The position numbers and the translations under genes were made by a program. A stretch of DNA of 25,793 bases, taken from positions 1-25,793 of IMG/VR virus record IMGVR_UViG_3300020045_010257, one strand, 5' to 3'. The notes below the pieces were generated by a model. It had not been told where the DNA came from. It made no database searches and saw only the letters and a list, made by a program, of their open reading frames with translations. Positions 25,138-25,793 of the stretch are shown one piece after another. Source of the DNA: a virus. Lineage: Duplodnaviria > Caudoviricetes. The stretch's first letter is position 1; each line of letters starts with the position of its first letter.

Positions 25138-25793
25138 TTCTCCCCCACAATCACCATTGAGTGCGCATCGTAGAGCGTCCACTTGTAGCCAGGAAAGCTC
25201 TCGTCAGCGAACCGCGTGAATTCTCTGGGCGTCCATGTTCTCACGTGGCCAAGCCTTCTCGTATCCCAATTCTCTAAGCCTCCGCCAAGCGTGTATTTCG
25301 GCACCGATAAGAGAATGTGGTCAAAGTTAACGCCAACCTTTTTCGCTGAGTGGACAATATCGTGAGGGTTAAAACAGTGCTCAATTACTTCGGTGCAGTA
25401 AAGGATTGTTGATTGGCCGCTTACAGGCTTATCGGCCCAGCGGTGGCCAACCCACTCTTTAACTTTAGATTGAATGCGGTAGTTCATTCCAACGCCCTTA
25501 TACTTAAACGGAATCGCTTCCTTGATAAGCCCAAGCGGTAAATTCCCGTGCGAGCAACCGAGGTCAAATATCCACGGCGTTAACAGCTTACTCACGAGCT
25601 CTTTCACAATTGCGGCCCGCGGATACATATAGCCATTATCCCACTGCGCCTCGCCAAACTCACGCGAGCATTCCGCTTCCTCATCGTCGGTCGCGTACTC
25701 AATCTGGTCGTACGTTTGCTGGTAGAGTTTATTCTTTATAGCTTGAAGCTCCGGCGGGTAGTTATCGCGGTAATATCCGGGCACCTCGTCGCA
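25134..25793 (-). CDS. Class I SAM-dependent methyltransferase, paralog A (5'-truncated by the window)
   Basis: IFDLGCSHG, TEVIEH, LLSVP, GHVRTWT; the frame stays open to the window edge. Confidence 0.78.
   Translation of the reverse strand, partial: CDEVPGYYRDNYPPELQAIKNKLYQQTYDQIEYATDDEEAECSREFGEAQWDNGYMYPRAAIVKELVSKLLTPWIFDLGCSHGNLPLGLIKEAIPFKYKGVGMNYRIQSKVKEWVGHRWADKPVSGQSTILYCTEVIEHCFNPHDIVHSAKKVGVNFDHILLSVPKYTLGGGLENWDTRRLGHVRTWTPREFTRFADESFPGYKWTLYDAHSMVIVGEK

Noticed and set aside
1-25793. CRISPR array, IS element, integrase, rRNA, endolysin, or alternative genetic code
   Set aside because: No regularly spaced repeats or transposase, integrase or lysin motifs seen. TAA, TAG and TGA all end genes at coupled junctions, so the TerL split is not a recoding artefact. 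An endolysin may lie outside the window.

Overview
A ~26 kb segment of a tailed dsDNA phage, most likely a podovirus with a P22/T7-like head, nozzle and ejection-protein layout. A spanin-like pair suggests a Gram-negative host. Nearly all genes are on the minus strand and tightly coupled. Read right to left: two paralogous methyltransferase-fold genes and a GT2 glycosyltransferase; a short plus-strand island (RHH-type regulator, metallophosphoesterase, a frameshifted small gene); TerS; the terminase large subunit split into separate ATPase and nuclease genes with three other genes between them; portal, scaffold and major capsid; Ser/Thr/Gly-rich accessory virion proteins; a 736-aa GT2-TPR-GT-B glycosyltransferase inside the structural module; adaptor, nozzle and ejection proteins; and a holin/spanin-like lysis cassette. 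Four observations stand out. (1) The split TerL, with a putative promoter directly after the ATPase half. (2) A promoter signature present twice with identical spacing (GTAACTTnAAGTTAC-N25-TAnCCT). (3) A 45-aa ORF missing from the ORF track that resembles the N-terminal arm of the phage's own capsid protein. (4) A probable virion glycosylation/methylation system, including a hidden ATA-start Trp/Thr-repeat ORF coupled to the glycosyltransferase. All functional calls come from motifs and synteny read by eye; no database searches were run.
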